Source: a bacterium
GTDB lineage: Bacteria > Patescibacteriota > Microgenomatia > Daviesbacterales > UBA10151
NCBI GenBank assembly: GCA_021786105.1
Contig: JAJYNW010000010.1
Location: forward strand, 26,301 to 90,300
DNA length: 64,000 nt
Reading direction: 5' to 3'
The number at the start of each line of letters is the position of its first letter. The stretch's first letter is position 1. Shown here one piece after another: positions 37,743 through 47,896 of the stretch. Made by a program: the position numbers and the translations under genes. The notes under the pieces were generated by a model, which was not told the origin of the DNA, made no database searches, and was given only the letters and a program-made list of their open reading frames with translations.

Positions 37743-39151
37743 TGGAAAATCAAAAATCAAAAATCAAAAATCAAAAATATGATAGTTATCAAAGCCCATT
37801 TTCCTGGAGATATGGCTCAGAAGAAATGAGAGGAATATTCTCTGAGGAAAATAAATACAAACTTTGGAGAAAAGTTTGGGTAGCATTGGCTCGGGCAGAA
37901 CATAGGGAAGGTTTGGTATCAAAGGAAGAACTGGAAGATTTAGAAAAAAATCAAGATAACATCGATATAGCAAGAATTTGGGAAATTGAAAAAGATACCC
38001 GGCATGACGTGGTGGCGGCCATCAGGGAGTTTTCCGAAAAAGCCAAAATCGGCGGGGGAAAAATCCACCTTGGCGCCACATCAATGGATATTTCTGATAA
38101 TGCAGAAACGATCAGAATCTTAGAAGCATTAGGATTGGTGGAAGATGGGTTAAAAAGACTGCTTAAAACTTTTAGTGCAAAAATAGAGAAATATGCTGAT
38201 TTTTCTTGTATGGGTTATACGCATTTGCAGCCGGCAGAACCAACTACTTTGGGTTACCGGTTTGCTTTTTATGCTCAAGATCTTTTGATGGATTTAGAGC
38301 TTTTGCAATTTGTTAAAGAGAGCTTAAAAAGCAAGGGGGTTAAAGGTGCAGTGGGAACTTCAGCCAGTTATGTAAAATTGCTGGATGAGACAAAAGCCAA
38401 AGAAATGGAAAATGGAATAATGGAGGAATTAGGGGTGGAGGCATTTGAAATTACTAATCAGACAGCTCCCCGAAAGATTGAATTTTGGTTGGGAAGTTTA
38501 CTTTCCTCAATTGCAGAGAGTCTTAATAAATTTGCTTTTGATTTAAGGATTATGCAGTCGCCGGGATTCGGAGAATGGCAGGAATCATTTGGCAGTTCAC
38601 AGATTGGTTCGTCCGCTATGCCTTTTAAGAAGAATCCCATTAAGGCTGAACAAATTTGTTCATTGGCGAGGCTGGTGGTTAACCTGTCAAAAACTGCCTG
38701 GGATAATGCCGCATATATGCTTTTGGAAAGGACACTGGATGATTCAGCTAATAGAAGAGTGGTGACTCCGGAAATGTTTTTGGCAGTGGACGAGATGCTA
38801 AATTCTTCTATAAAAATTGTTGATGGATTAATTATTAATGAAAGCAGGATACATAAAAATCTGGAAACCTATTGGCCTTTTTCTGCAACTGAGGGAATTA
38901 TCCTGGAATCAGTGAAAAAGGGGGCAGACCGGCAACAGATGCATGAGATACTCCGGGAGATTTCCATGAAAGCTTGGGAAACTATTTCCGGAGGTAATCC
39001 TAATCCAATGGAGAATTTATTAGAAGAGAACCCTATTATCAGGCTCTACTTAAAACCAATTGAAGTTGAAGAAATTTTAGATGCCAAAAATCATATTGGA
39101 AATGCCAAAGAAAAAGCTTTGAAGATTGCTGATATAATTAAAAAATTATGA
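37742..39151 (+). CDS. purB: adenylosuccinate lyase
   Basis: Fumarate lyase signature GSSAMPFKKNP and an N-terminus aligning to PurB (RYG...MRGIFSE). Confidence 0.9.
   Translation: MENQKSKIKNQKYDSYQSPFSWRYGSEEMRGIFSEENKYKLWRKVWVALARAEHREGLVSKEELEDLEKNQDNIDIARIWEIEKDTRHDVVAAIREFSEKAKIGGGKIHLGATSMDISDNAETIRILEALGLVEDGLKRLLKTFSAKIEKYADFSCMGYTHLQPAEPTTLGYRFAFYAQDLLMDLELLQFVKESLKSKGVKGAVGTSASYVKLLDETKAKEMENGIMEELGVEAFEITNQTAPRKIEFWLGSLLSSIAESLNKFAFDLRIMQSPGFGEWQESFGSSQIGSSAMPFKKNPIKAEQICSLARLVVNLSKTAWDNAAYMLLERTLDDSANRRVVTPEMFLAVDEMLNSSIKIVDGLIINESRIHKNLETYWPFSATEGIILESVKKGADRQQMHEILREISMKAWETISGGNPNPMENLLEENPIIRLYLKPIEVEEILDAKNHIGNAKEKALKIADIIKKL
37746..37778 (+). repeat. 7 nt tandem repeat (AAAAATC) x ~4.7 in codons 2-12 of purB
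   Basis: Read directly. The unit length is not a multiple of 3. Confidence 0.6.
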
Positions 39152-39642
39152 CAAAAGTAATGATCATAACTGGTTCTGATTCTGATTTGCCGGTGATGAA
39201 GGAGGTGGCAAAAGTTATGGAGGAATTTGGGGTAAGTTTCGAAATGACAATTTCTTCAGCGCACCGATCACCGGAAAGAACCAAGGAGCTAGTGGAAAAT
39301 GCCAAAAGCAGCGGAATAAAAGTAATTATTGCCGGGGCGGGAATGGCAGCACATCTTGCCGGCGTATTGGCGGCAGAATTTCCTTTGCCGGTGATTGGAG
39401 TACCTCTCCAAAGCGGAGTTTTGCATGGGATAGATGCTTTACTTTCGACAATGCAAATGCCCTCGGGGATTCCGGTAGCAACTGTAGCGATAAACGGAAC
39501 AAAAAATGCCGGGATTTTGGCAGTGCAAATTTTAGCAACTTCGGATAAAAGTTTGGAAGAAAAGCTGGTGGAATACAAAAAGAAATTAGCTGAAGGTGTT
39601 TTAGAAAAGGCAAAAAAATTGGCACAAGAAATGTCGTCCTGA
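39148..39642 (+). CDS. purE: AIR carboxylase / N5-CAIR mutase PurE
   Basis: 164 aa with SAHR and GAGMAAHLAGV motifs. No purK is present in the window. Confidence 0.9.
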   Translation: MTKVMIITGSDSDLPVMKEVAKVMEEFGVSFEMTISSAHRSPERTKELVENAKSSGIKVIIAGAGMAAHLAGVLAAEFPLPVIGVPLQSGVLHGIDALLSTMQMPSGIPVATVAINGTKNAGILAVQILATSDKSLEEKLVEYKKKLAEGVLEKAKKLAQEMSS

Positions 39643-39711
39643 GTGATTAGCCGAAAGATTTCCCACGGACTGGGAAGATTGCCACGTCGCTACGCTCCTC
39701 GCAATGACAAG
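39632..39711. repeat. ~80 nt palindromic element (TGTCGTCCTGAGTG...GGAAGATTGCCACGTCGC...CCTCGCAATGACA), paralog of 9296-9372, overlapping the purE stop and the purC start
   Basis: Direct comparison with 9296-9372. It supplies the ATG that gives the track ORF its spurious MTRY extension. Confidence 0.55.
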
Positions 39712-39715
39712 GTAT

Positions 39716-40696
39716 ATGGTTGATGAAAAAACTGTTATCGCAAATATTCATAATGTTTTAAAAACTGTAAATCTGTCTGGTTTTGGTAAAAAGCATTCCG
39801 GTAAAGTCCGCGATAGCTATGAATTGGACGGTAAGCGGATTATCATTACCACTGATCGCCAATCCGCTTTTGATAAAATTCTCGGTTTCATTCCTTTTAA
39901 AGGACAAGTGTTAACAAAACTTTCAGAATTTTGGTTTAAAAAAACAGCAGATATTATCCAAAATCATTTAATTTCCGTCCCTGATCCCAATGTTATGGTA
40001 GTAAAAAATTGCCAGGTAATCCCAATTGAAATGGTGGTTCGCGGTTACATTACCGGCGTGACCGATACTTCGATTTGGGGATCATATGAAAAAAGGGAAA
40101 GGGTAATTTACGGCATTAAATTTCCGGAGGGTTTGCGAAAAAATCAAAAATTAGCAAGCCCGGTAATCACCCCAACCACCAAAGCGGAAAAAGGACATGA
40201 TGAAAGGTTAACTGAAAAAGAAATTATCCAAAGAAAAATTGTGACTCCGGCAATTTGGAAACAAATGAAGAAGGTAGCTTTAGAACTTTTTGAAAAGGGA
40301 CAAAAAGTTTGTGAAAAGGCGGGAATAATTTTGGTGGATACAAAGTATGAGTTTGGCTTGGATGAAAAGGGGAAACTAATTTTAGTTGATGAAATACATA
40401 CTCCTGATTCTTCCAGGTACTGGGTTAAAAAAACTTATCAGGCAAGATTTAAAAAAGGGTTAGAGCCGGAAAGTTATGACAAAGAACCGTTAAGGATTTG
40501 GTTTAAAACTCATGGTTACACCGGCAAAGGAAAAATTCCTCAAATGCCCCCGGAGTTTATTGCCAAAATGAGCAGGCTTTATATGGGAATTTATGAAAAA
40601 ATCACCGGCCAAAAGATTATCCCGGATACAACTAAAGACGCTGATAATAGAATCAAAAATAATCTGTTAAAATCTGAGTTTGCAAAAGATCGATAA
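39716..40696 (+). CDS. purC: SAICAR synthetase
   Basis: GKVRDSYE and DRQSAFD motifs. Start trimmed to the second ATG, after the repeat. Confidence 0.9.
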   Translation: MVDEKTVIANIHNVLKTVNLSGFGKKHSGKVRDSYELDGKRIIITTDRQSAFDKILGFIPFKGQVLTKLSEFWFKKTADIIQNHLISVPDPNVMVVKNCQVIPIEMVVRGYITGVTDTSIWGSYEKRERVIYGIKFPEGLRKNQKLASPVITPTTKAEKGHDERLTEKEIIQRKIVTPAIWKQMKKVALELFEKGQKVCEKAGIILVDTKYEFGLDEKGKLILVDEIHTPDSSRYWVKKTYQARFKKGLEPESYDKEPLRIWFKTHGYTGKGKIPQMPPEFIAKMSRLYMGIYEKITGQKIIPDTTKDADNRIKNNLLKSEFAKDR

Positions 40697-40722
40697 GACA
40701 GATATAATTTAATATAAGCTTT

Positions 40723-41706
40723 ATGGCAAGTAGCAACGGTTTTGTATTATTAACAGGAACTGCAAATTTAAAGCTGGCAAGAGATATTGCTAAAGCTTTA
40801 GGTAAAGATGCTGACGAAACCGTGACGGTTTTTTCTGACGGCGAAAAAAGAGTTATCATCCCCGAGAATTTACGTAAACGCGATGTTTTCATTATCCAAC
40901 CAACCTGTCCGCCGGTTGATGCTAATATCGTCGAGCTTCTTTTAATCATTGATGCAGCCAAAAGGTCATCCGCCAATGAAGTTTCTGCAGTTATTCCTTA
41001 TTTCGGTTATTCAAGACAAGACAGAAAAGACAGGCCTAGGGTCCCGATATCTGCATCTTTAATTGCCAGATTAATAGAATTTGCTGGTGCAGATCGGATT
41101 ATTTCAGTTGATATCCATAGTGAACAAGAGCCGGGTTTTGTCGAAATCCCCTGGGATGTCTTATATGGAAGCTATGCACTTCTGCCGGAGCTAAAAAAGA
41201 ATTTTCCTGATGGAGATTTAGTGATAGCATCACCGGATAAAGGCGGGGTTCCTAAGGCCACCTTTTATGCGGATTTACTTAAAGCGTCAGGCGTGGCCAT
41301 TGTTTATAAGGAAAGAGATGTGATGAAAGCAAACGAGAGTCAGGTGATGGATATGATAGGTGATGTTAAGGGTAAAAATGTATTAATTGTTGATGACATG
41401 ATTGATACAGCCGGCACTATTTGCAACGCTGCCCAACTAATTAGGGAAAGAGGAGCAAAAAGCGTATCTGCTGCAGCCACTCACGGGATTTTCTCCGGTT
41501 CGGCGCCCGAAAGAATCAAGGCTGCTGATTTTGATAAAATTTTTATCACTGATACTGTGCCAATCAGAAAAGAAATGATGGATAATCCGAAGTTGACAGT
41601 AGTTTCTATCGCTAATCTTTTAGCAGAAGCTATTAAACGTATTTATCAAGGTGATTCGCTTTCTGAAGAATTAATTCCCAAAGGCCATAAAGAAGAAAGA
41701 AACTGA
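40723..41706 (+). CDS. prs: ribose-phosphate pyrophosphokinase
   Basis: PRPP synthetase motifs (DIHSEQ, VIASPDKGG, VLIVDDMIDTAGT). Confidence 0.9.
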   Translation: MASSNGFVLLTGTANLKLARDIAKALGKDADETVTVFSDGEKRVIIPENLRKRDVFIIQPTCPPVDANIVELLLIIDAAKRSSANEVSAVIPYFGYSRQDRKDRPRVPISASLIARLIEFAGADRIISVDIHSEQEPGFVEIPWDVLYGSYALLPELKKNFPDGDLVIASPDKGGVPKATFYADLLKASGVAIVYKERDVMKANESQVMDMIGDVKGKNVLIVDDMIDTAGTICNAAQLIRERGAKSVSAAATHGIFSGSAPERIKAADFDKIFITDTVPIRKEMMDNPKLTVVSIANLLAEAIKRIYQGDSLSEELIPKGHKEERN

Positions 41707-41729
41707 AAATTCTGAGCAACGTCGAAGGA

Positions 41730-42890
41730 TTAACGTAAATCCAAAGTTTCGCCCCCAAAGGTAATATTTTTTGACTTGATAACAACTTGTCTTTTTCCTT
41801 CTTCCAAATATCCAGCGTCCAAGCTTTCAAAACCATTTTCCTTGATAATTTCTTGAGCTTTTTCGACATCCTCAGTCGGTAAGAATATTGCATAATCTTG
41901 CCCCATGTTATAAGTGCCGTACATTTCCTCATCGGACAAATTGCTGTGTTTCTGAATAAAAGCAAATAATTCCGGGGCGGGATAAACCTTTTCTATCACG
42001 TAAACGAAATCTTGAGGCGCCCGCATAACTTTGCGAAGTCCATGGCCGGTTATATTGGAGATGTAATGGATATTCACCCATTGATCAAGTAAGCTCTGGA
42101 TTAATTTGACATAAATATTAGTTTTGGAAAGAAGTGCTTCGCCGTACAATTGTCCGCTGGGAAGTTTGGTTGCGTATCCATCAGGTAATTCTTTAGCAAC
42201 TGCTCTGGCCAGCGAAACTCCATTAGCATTAATGCCGTTGCTTTTTAAGAAAATAATTCTGTCTCCTTTTTGTAAATTCCCGGCTTTGATTAACCGGCCA
42301 TTTTTAATGGTTCCTATGGCTGATCCGGCCAGATCAACAGTTCCTTCCTTAATAATTCCTTTAAGCGTAGGTGTTTCTCCGCCGCCCCAAGCTACTCCTG
42401 ACTCATTACAAGCATTTTTCCAGCCTTGGATTAAATCTTTCATTCTTTCTTCGTCCTGCAGCCAGCTGTTATCCTCGATGGCCCAATAGGCATGCAACAC
42501 AAACGGCTTAGCTCCTGAGGTAATAAGGTCGTTTATTATTGTAGCCACGGTATCATGGGCGATAATATCGTAATAAGTTTTCTTGGTGATTGTTCTCATC
42601 TCGTCCGCCACTAAGTTTTTTGTCCCCAATCCTTCAATTACCGAAGCCATGAAGGTTTTTTCATCAACTTGCCAAACAAAGGCTGATTCGCCCCGGCTGT
42701 CTGATATTTCTTTATAATTAATTGCTGCTAAATTTTTAGCGGTTTGGGCTGCCGCGGTTTGGGCTAATTTTTTAATCGGATCTTTGGTGCCGTAGTTGTC
42801 TCCGACTTGAGAATAAGTCAAGCTTGTCGCTGCGCGATAAGTGATAGATTGTTTATTACGAAGTGACAAACTTGTTTTATCTTGTGCCAT
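41730..42890 (-). CDS. purM: AIR synthetase (phosphoribosylformylglycinamidine cyclo-ligase), divergent
   Basis: The N-terminus MAQDKTSLSLR aligns to E. coli PurM MTDKTSLSYK. AIRS N/C domain motifs are present. Start trimmed from the longer track ORF. Confidence 0.7.
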   Translation of the reverse strand: MAQDKTSLSLRNKQSITYRAATSLTYSQVGDNYGTKDPIKKLAQTAAAQTAKNLAAINYKEISDSRGESAFVWQVDEKTFMASVIEGLGTKNLVADEMRTITKKTYYDIIAHDTVATIINDLITSGAKPFVLHAYWAIEDNSWLQDEERMKDLIQGWKNACNESGVAWGGGETPTLKGIIKEGTVDLAGSAIGTIKNGRLIKAGNLQKGDRIIFLKSNGINANGVSLARAVAKELPDGYATKLPSGQLYGEALLSKTNIYVKLIQSLLDQWVNIHYISNITGHGLRKVMRAPQDFVYVIEKVYPAPELFAFIQKHSNLSDEEMYGTYNMGQDYAIFLPTEDVEKAQEIIKENGFESLDAGYLEEGKRQVVIKSKNITFGGETLDLR

Positions 42891-42924
42891 TTGTGTGATT
42901 AATATACCATATTTATTACTCTCA

Positions 42925-43779
42925 ATGAAATTGAAATTGTCCAAAGAAAATAAATTACGCTCCGCAAAACACCACACCCGTTTATTATTAATTTTTCTTC
43001 TGGCATGTTCAGTTTTACTTTTAGTTACAGTATTGGATTACCAAGAGCTAATCTATCCGCCTCCTCACGAGAATCAGGTTTCCCCTAAGCAATATATTAA
43101 CGGTAAAGCGGAAGTAGTTGAGCATGGCCCCAGGGATAAAAAAAGAATAGCATTAACTTTTGATGCCGATATGACTCCGGGGATGTACCTACTTTTAGAA
43201 AAGGGGATTGTTAAATCTTGGTATAACAAGCCCATCAAAGAAACATTAGATCGCGAGCGGGTAAAAGCCACGGTATTTTTAGGAGGTCTTTGGACAAAAG
43301 CGTATCCCAAGGAAGCGTATAATTTGGCCCATGATTCACTGATAGAAATAGGAAACCATTCTTATAGCCATTATGCATTTACCAAAAACTGCTTTGGATT
43401 AAGTGTTTTGAAAGATGGGGGGCATACGGATGATGTAGGGGCTGCGCAAAGAGAAATTTTTAAGGCTACGGGGATTATCCCCAGGTACTTCCGTTTTCCC
43501 GGCGGTTGTTTTAATCAGGTTGATGTAGAAGCATTAGCTAAAAGAGGTTTGAAGGTGGTTCATTGGGATGTGATAGCCGGAGATGGATTTAATCAAAATG
43601 CCGATTCGATCGTGAGAAAAGTAGAAGGAAATGTGCAAAACGGGTCGATTGTAGTTTTCCATATCCATGATGGTCCTTATGCGCCCAAGACAAATGATGC
43701 TCTAATAAGAATTATCCCGGATTTAAAAAAAAGAGGTTTTGAATTTGTGACAATTTCTGAGATGATAGGAGATAGCTAA
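42925..43779 (+). CDS. polysaccharide deacetylase (NodB homology domain), membrane-anchored
   Basis: TFDAD..., GNHSYSH and RFPGG NodB motifs with an N-terminal TM helix. Confidence 0.75.
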   Translation: MKLKLSKENKLRSAKHHTRLLLIFLLACSVLLLVTVLDYQELIYPPPHENQVSPKQYINGKAEVVEHGPRDKKRIALTFDADMTPGMYLLLEKGIVKSWYNKPIKETLDRERVKATVFLGGLWTKAYPKEAYNLAHDSLIEIGNHSYSHYAFTKNCFGLSVLKDGGHTDDVGAAQREIFKATGIIPRYFRFPGGCFNQVDVEALAKRGLKVVHWDVIAGDGFNQNADSIVRKVEGNVQNGSIVVFHIHDGPYAPKTNDALIRIIPDLKKRGFEFVTISEMIGDS

Positions 43780-43834
43780 ATGATAAATTGGCCATTAAAT
43801 CCTTAGTTTACCCTGGCTTAATCACAGCAAACTT

Positions 43835-43843
43835 TGGTATAAT
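43835..43843 (+). promoter_or_regulatory. extended -10 promoter candidate (TGGTATAAT) upstream of the second deacetylase gene
   Basis: TGnTATAAT read directly, followed by a T-run. No good -35. Confidence 0.25.
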
Positions 43844-43857
43844 TTTTTTTAAACCTA

Positions 43858-44739
43858 ATGAGTAAACGTCATGTCCGTCATTTTCCCGTCTCCGTAATTT
43901 TAATCCTTTTATTTTTGTCGATCGTTTCAACTTTTAAAGCATCAAATTTCAAAAAATCTATTCCTGATGTTGTTGAAATGCCCAAAGACGTTAAGGAGTC
44001 GATTAAAAATACCAAACCGCAAAAAGTTTTATATGTACCGATTTTGATGTATCACTATGTTGAGTATGTTAAAGATCAGGGCGATACCATCAGGAAATCA
44101 CTAAATATCATGCCATATACATTTGATTTAGAAATAAAGACTTTAAAAGATGCCGGTTTTCATTTTATTACTACTGCTGATTTGGCAGAGGCTTTAGATG
44201 ATAAAAAAACCTTGCCTCCAAAATCTATAATTTTAACTTTTGATGACGGTTACCGGGATTTCTATACGGATGTATTTCCGATTTTGAAAAAATACCAAGC
44301 CAAGGCAGTGTCGTATGTCGTGCCCAACTTTTTAGATAAACCAAATAATTTAACAACTAGGCAGCTTAAAGAAATTGCTAAAAGCGGTTTGGTAGAAATC
44401 GGAGCGCATACAATGGATCATACTTATTTAGCCGGTTTGCCTTTGCATCGGGTGGAGTATGAAGTTGATCAAAGCAAAAAGACTCTTGAAAAATTATTAG
44501 GTATACCGGTGGTATCATTTGCTTATCCATATGGAGCGTTTGATAACCAGGCAATTGGTGTGGTGAAAAAAGCCGGTTTTAAATCTGCCGTCACCACTTT
44601 GCCCGGAATTTATACCTTGGATATTAACAGATTTTTCCTTTACCGGATTCGGCCGGGCGGCAGGATAGGAGAGATGCTTTTGGATTTATTTAAATCTGAA
44701 TCTTTGAAAACAAGTAGCTCCCCAGCACAAATAAAATAG
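43858..44739 (+). CDS. polysaccharide deacetylase (NodB homology domain), membrane-anchored
   Basis: TFDDGYRD and GAHTMDH motifs with an N-terminal TM helix. Confidence 0.75.
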   Translation: MSKRHVRHFPVSVILILLFLSIVSTFKASNFKKSIPDVVEMPKDVKESIKNTKPQKVLYVPILMYHYVEYVKDQGDTIRKSLNIMPYTFDLEIKTLKDAGFHFITTADLAEALDDKKTLPPKSIILTFDDGYRDFYTDVFPILKKYQAKAVSYVVPNFLDKPNNLTTRQLKEIAKSGLVEIGAHTMDHTYLAGLPLHRVEYEVDQSKKTLEKLLGIPVVSFAYPYGAFDNQAIGVVKKAGFKSAVTTLPGIYTLDINRFFLYRIRPGGRIGEMLLDLFKSESLKTSSSPAQIK

Positions 44740-45436
44740 CAGTTAAAACACCTAAGACTGTTAAGTCTAAGGATAATCCAAAGTGAGATGACCCGGTCAA
44801 AGTCTGTCTGAGGCCGTCGATGCCAAAAGACAGCGGGTTAACTTTAGAGATCGTCTGCAAAAAAGGAGGAGCGGATTGAAGGGGAAACAGGGCCCCGGAC
44901 AGGAAAAACAAGGGCATTACCAGAAAATTCATAATCAGTTGAAATCCCTGGAAGTCTTCGAGGGTAGAGGCAATGGCAGTGCCTAAAGCTGTAAAAAGCA
45001 GGGCAATTAAAAACATAATAAAAATTGCTCCCGGCACGGCCCATAAATTATTTGGCCTAAAGCCAACTAATAAAGTTAAAATTAAAACAATGACTCCCTG
45101 TATGGTAGCAATGGTAGCCCCGCCCAAAGTTCTGCCGATCATGATTTCCAATCTGGAAACCGGGGCAACTAACGTTTCTTTCAAAAATCCAAACTGCCGG
45201 TCCCAAATTAGCTCAATTCCGGAAAAGATGGCAGTAAAAAGAATACCTTGGGCAATGACTCCCGGGCCTAAAAATTCGATATAATTTCCGCCGCCGGCTT
45301 TTTGGAAAATCGGGCCGAATCCGAAACCAAGCGCCACTAGGAAAAGCAGAGGTTGTCCTAGTGATCCGATTATTCTGGATTTGGATCTAAGGTATCTTTT
45401 TATTTGTCTTAACCAAAGAATATAAATTGTTGACAT
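44690..45436 (-). CDS. ABC-2 type transporter permease
   Basis: 248 aa with 6 predicted TM helices, downstream of and overlapping the ATPase gene. Confidence 0.7.
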   Translation of the reverse strand: MSTIYILWLRQIKRYLRSKSRIIGSLGQPLLFLVALGFGFGPIFQKAGGGNYIEFLGPGVIAQGILFTAIFSGIELIWDRQFGFLKETLVAPVSRLEIMIGRTLGGATIATIQGVIVLILTLLVGFRPNNLWAVPGAIFIMFLIALLFTALGTAIASTLEDFQGFQLIMNFLVMPLFFLSGALFPLQSAPPFLQTISKVNPLSFGIDGLRQTLTGSSHFGLSLDLTVLGVLTAILFVLGSYLFSKIQI

Positions 45437-46239
45437 TATCGTCTTCCTGTAAACATTCTTCTTCTCATTCTCAAACGGTCAACTCCGCTGACTTCTTCTT
45501 CCCGGATTTTGCGGCCGGTTAAGGATAGGAAGGCTTCTTCCAAAGAGTTGGTTTTGGTTTGTTTCTCAAGTTGATTTGATGTGCCTTGGGCAACAATTTT
45601 GCCGTGGTCAATAATGGCAATCCTTTGAGCTACTTTTTCTGCTTCTTCCATATAATGAGTGGTGAAAAAAATGGTAATTTGTTCTGATTTGTTTAAATTT
45701 TGGATATATGACCACATTTGATTTCTGGTTTGCGGATCCAAGCCGATGGTCGGTTCATCCAGAAAAAAAACTTTCGGGTGGTGAAGTAGGCCGCGGGCAA
45801 TTTCCAGTCGTCTTTTCATGCCACCGGAGAAAGTTTTTACCAAATCATTCTTGCGGTCCCAAAGGTCAACTATCTCCAAAAGTTCTTTAATGCGGGATCT
45901 CCGTAAAGTACCGGAGACTTTATACAAAATGCCATGGAAATCCATGTTTTCGTATGCGGTTAACTCGTCGTCTAAACTTGGATCTTGGAAAACAATCCCA
46001 AAAGATTTTCTGGCTTGGTCTTGTTGGGTTTTTGGGTCAAAGCCATTGACCTCCATGCGGCCGCTGGTGGGAGACAGTAGAGTGGTCAGCATTTTAATGG
46101 TGGTGGATTTGCCAGCGCCGTTTGGTCCTAAAAAGGCAAAAATTTCTCCCTTTTTGACTTCAAAACTGATATTATCAACAGCGGTAAAATCGCCGAATTT
46201 TTTAGTGAGATCCTTAACTTCAATTGCTAAATCTGTCAT
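45436..46239 (-). CDS. ABC transporter ATP-binding protein
   Basis: Walker A GPNGAGKST, signature LSGGMKRRL and Walker B FLDEPT. Confidence 0.85.
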   Translation of the reverse strand: MTDLAIEVKDLTKKFGDFTAVDNISFEVKKGEIFAFLGPNGAGKSTTIKMLTTLLSPTSGRMEVNGFDPKTQQDQARKSFGIVFQDPSLDDELTAYENMDFHGILYKVSGTLRRSRIKELLEIVDLWDRKNDLVKTFSGGMKRRLEIARGLLHHPKVFFLDEPTIGLDPQTRNQMWSYIQNLNKSEQITIFFTTHYMEEAEKVAQRIAIIDHGKIVAQGTSNQLEKQTKTNSLEEAFLSLTGRKIREEEVSGVDRLRMRRRMFTGRR

Positions 46240-46258
46240 TTTTTTTTGCAGAATTATC

Positions 46259-47827
46259 TTAATCTAATTTCTCTTGATTGGTCAACATAAATTTTTGTAC
46301 AGTAAAACCACCAATGGTTTTTTGTTCAATCAATTTGCCATGATCTTGAGCCCAGGTTCTGCCTTTATTTTTAAAAACCTCGGGAATCCTGCCGGTTTCA
46401 GAAATCAATAAATAAAAGTACTTTTCTTTATTCGTGGCCTTGGGAAGCAAATCGTAGGGGTGGAGCTGGTCTCCGCCTAACCAGCCCGGCACATACCCAA
46501 AGTGATTTTTGCCGTACCAATTATACAAATAAGCCCACATGCCGTTATAGTAAAGAGGATAAGTAACGGCGTTGATGGCAAACGGTTCTCCGTTGGATTG
46601 TTGATAAGTAAAATCTATGACTTGTAACTGGGAATTAAGGTCTGTGGTTGAATCATAGACATTATCAAACAACTCGTAATTTTTATGGGATCTTGCAAGT
46701 ATTAAATTAGTATTACCCCAGACAATCAACAAAAGAACCGGCAGGATTAAAATAAGTTTTTTGAGTCTATAAAGTGCATATCCGGTAATTAAGGCGATGG
46801 CTCCCGGTAAACCAATCAAAAACCAGGGTTTTTGGTGATATCCCAAAATGAGAGTGACCAGAGGGGAAAATAAATATAGCAATAAAAAATAAATGCCGCG
46901 CTTCTCCTCTTTTATTGTTTTGCGCTGAATTAGGGGATAGACAGAAAGGAGAATTACTGTGACTGCAAACAATAGGCCTAAATCCAATCTCTGGGGATAG
47001 AGATTTAAAGAAAACTGCTTGCCAAAATCATGAATGAAAAAATTCAAACGTTCCGGGTAAGTAAACCTGGCTTCCGGAGAATTGGCAGACAAAGTTAGAA
47101 TGGTTTTAACTCCGGAAAAATTTAACTTAATCTCCGTTAAGATCATAGTAGAAACTGATAGAGTAAAAGCTATCAAGCTTAAAATAGTTAGTTTCAAACC
47201 GGGGATTTTGGGTTTGAAGATAAGCCAAAAGATTAAAGTTATGGGAATTAAGTAAATAAAAGATATAGAACTTTCTATAGATAATCCTAAGAAAATTGCC
47301 GAAAGTACCAACCCCCATTTTTTGTTTTTAAAGTAGCTCCATAAACCAAAATAAAACAAGGGCACCGTGGTAAAGGCTGTGGTTTCATTAAACAATAAAC
47401 CAGCAAACTTGATGGCTTCAAATGAAACGGCAGCTAAGATAGCCGTTAAAAGGGCGGGAAGTTTTTTCCCAAAAATTGATTTTGATAGGAAAAATAAAAT
47501 AACTGCAGAGAGTAAATTAAAAAAACTATTCCAGTAAGCGCTTGCTATCAGATCTCCGCCAGAGAAAAAGAAGGGGATAACATTGTAGTAAAAAAATAAC
47601 ACGCCGTGATGAAGTCTGGGATCACCATAGATAGCGCGCCCGATAATTGGCAGTTGGTGATCAACGGTGATCTTGTAGGTATAAAAGGCGTCCTCGATTT
47701 GATCAAAATCAAAAACTAAATTAAATCCCCGGATATTTTCGTATCTTAACCAACCACCTAAAGCTAAAAGGCTTAGTAGAATTAGAATGATTACTATTGT
47801 ATGTTTTTTAAAACCGATTTTAAGCAC
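46259..47827 (-). CDS. polytopic membrane protein, GT-C (ArnT/PMT-like) glycosyltransferase-like
   Basis: 522 aa, more than 10 hydrophobic segments, aromatic-rich loops. The family call is tentative. Confidence 0.4.
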   Translation of the reverse strand: MLKIGFKKHTIVIILILLSLLALGGWLRYENIRGFNLVFDFDQIEDAFYTYKITVDHQLPIIGRAIYGDPRLHHGVLFFYYNVIPFFFSGGDLIASAYWNSFFNLLSAVILFFLSKSIFGKKLPALLTAILAAVSFEAIKFAGLLFNETTAFTTVPLFYFGLWSYFKNKKWGLVLSAIFLGLSIESSISFIYLIPITLIFWLIFKPKIPGLKLTILSLIAFTLSVSTMILTEIKLNFSGVKTILTLSANSPEARFTYPERLNFFIHDFGKQFSLNLYPQRLDLGLLFAVTVILLSVYPLIQRKTIKEEKRGIYFLLLYLFSPLVTLILGYHQKPWFLIGLPGAIALITGYALYRLKKLILILPVLLLIVWGNTNLILARSHKNYELFDNVYDSTTDLNSQLQVIDFTYQQSNGEPFAINAVTYPLYYNGMWAYLYNWYGKNHFGYVPGWLGGDQLHPYDLLPKATNKEKYFYLLISETGRIPEVFKNKGRTWAQDHGKLIEQKTIGGFTVQKFMLTNQEKLD

Positions 47828-47896
47828 AGAATTTATTATATACTTTTCTTAAAGGAGACTATAACTTATTTTGTTTCGAGGATCGCTTAGGGAAGA

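Noticed and set aside
37746-37778. CRISPR-like short direct repeats
   Set aside because: The 7 nt units are contiguous with no spacers. This is a microsatellite, not a CRISPR array. No CRISPR array is seen anywhere in the window.
45818-46267. 149 aa plus-strand ORF overlapping the ABC ATPase gene
   Set aside because: Antisense to a gene with canonical Walker/signature motifs.
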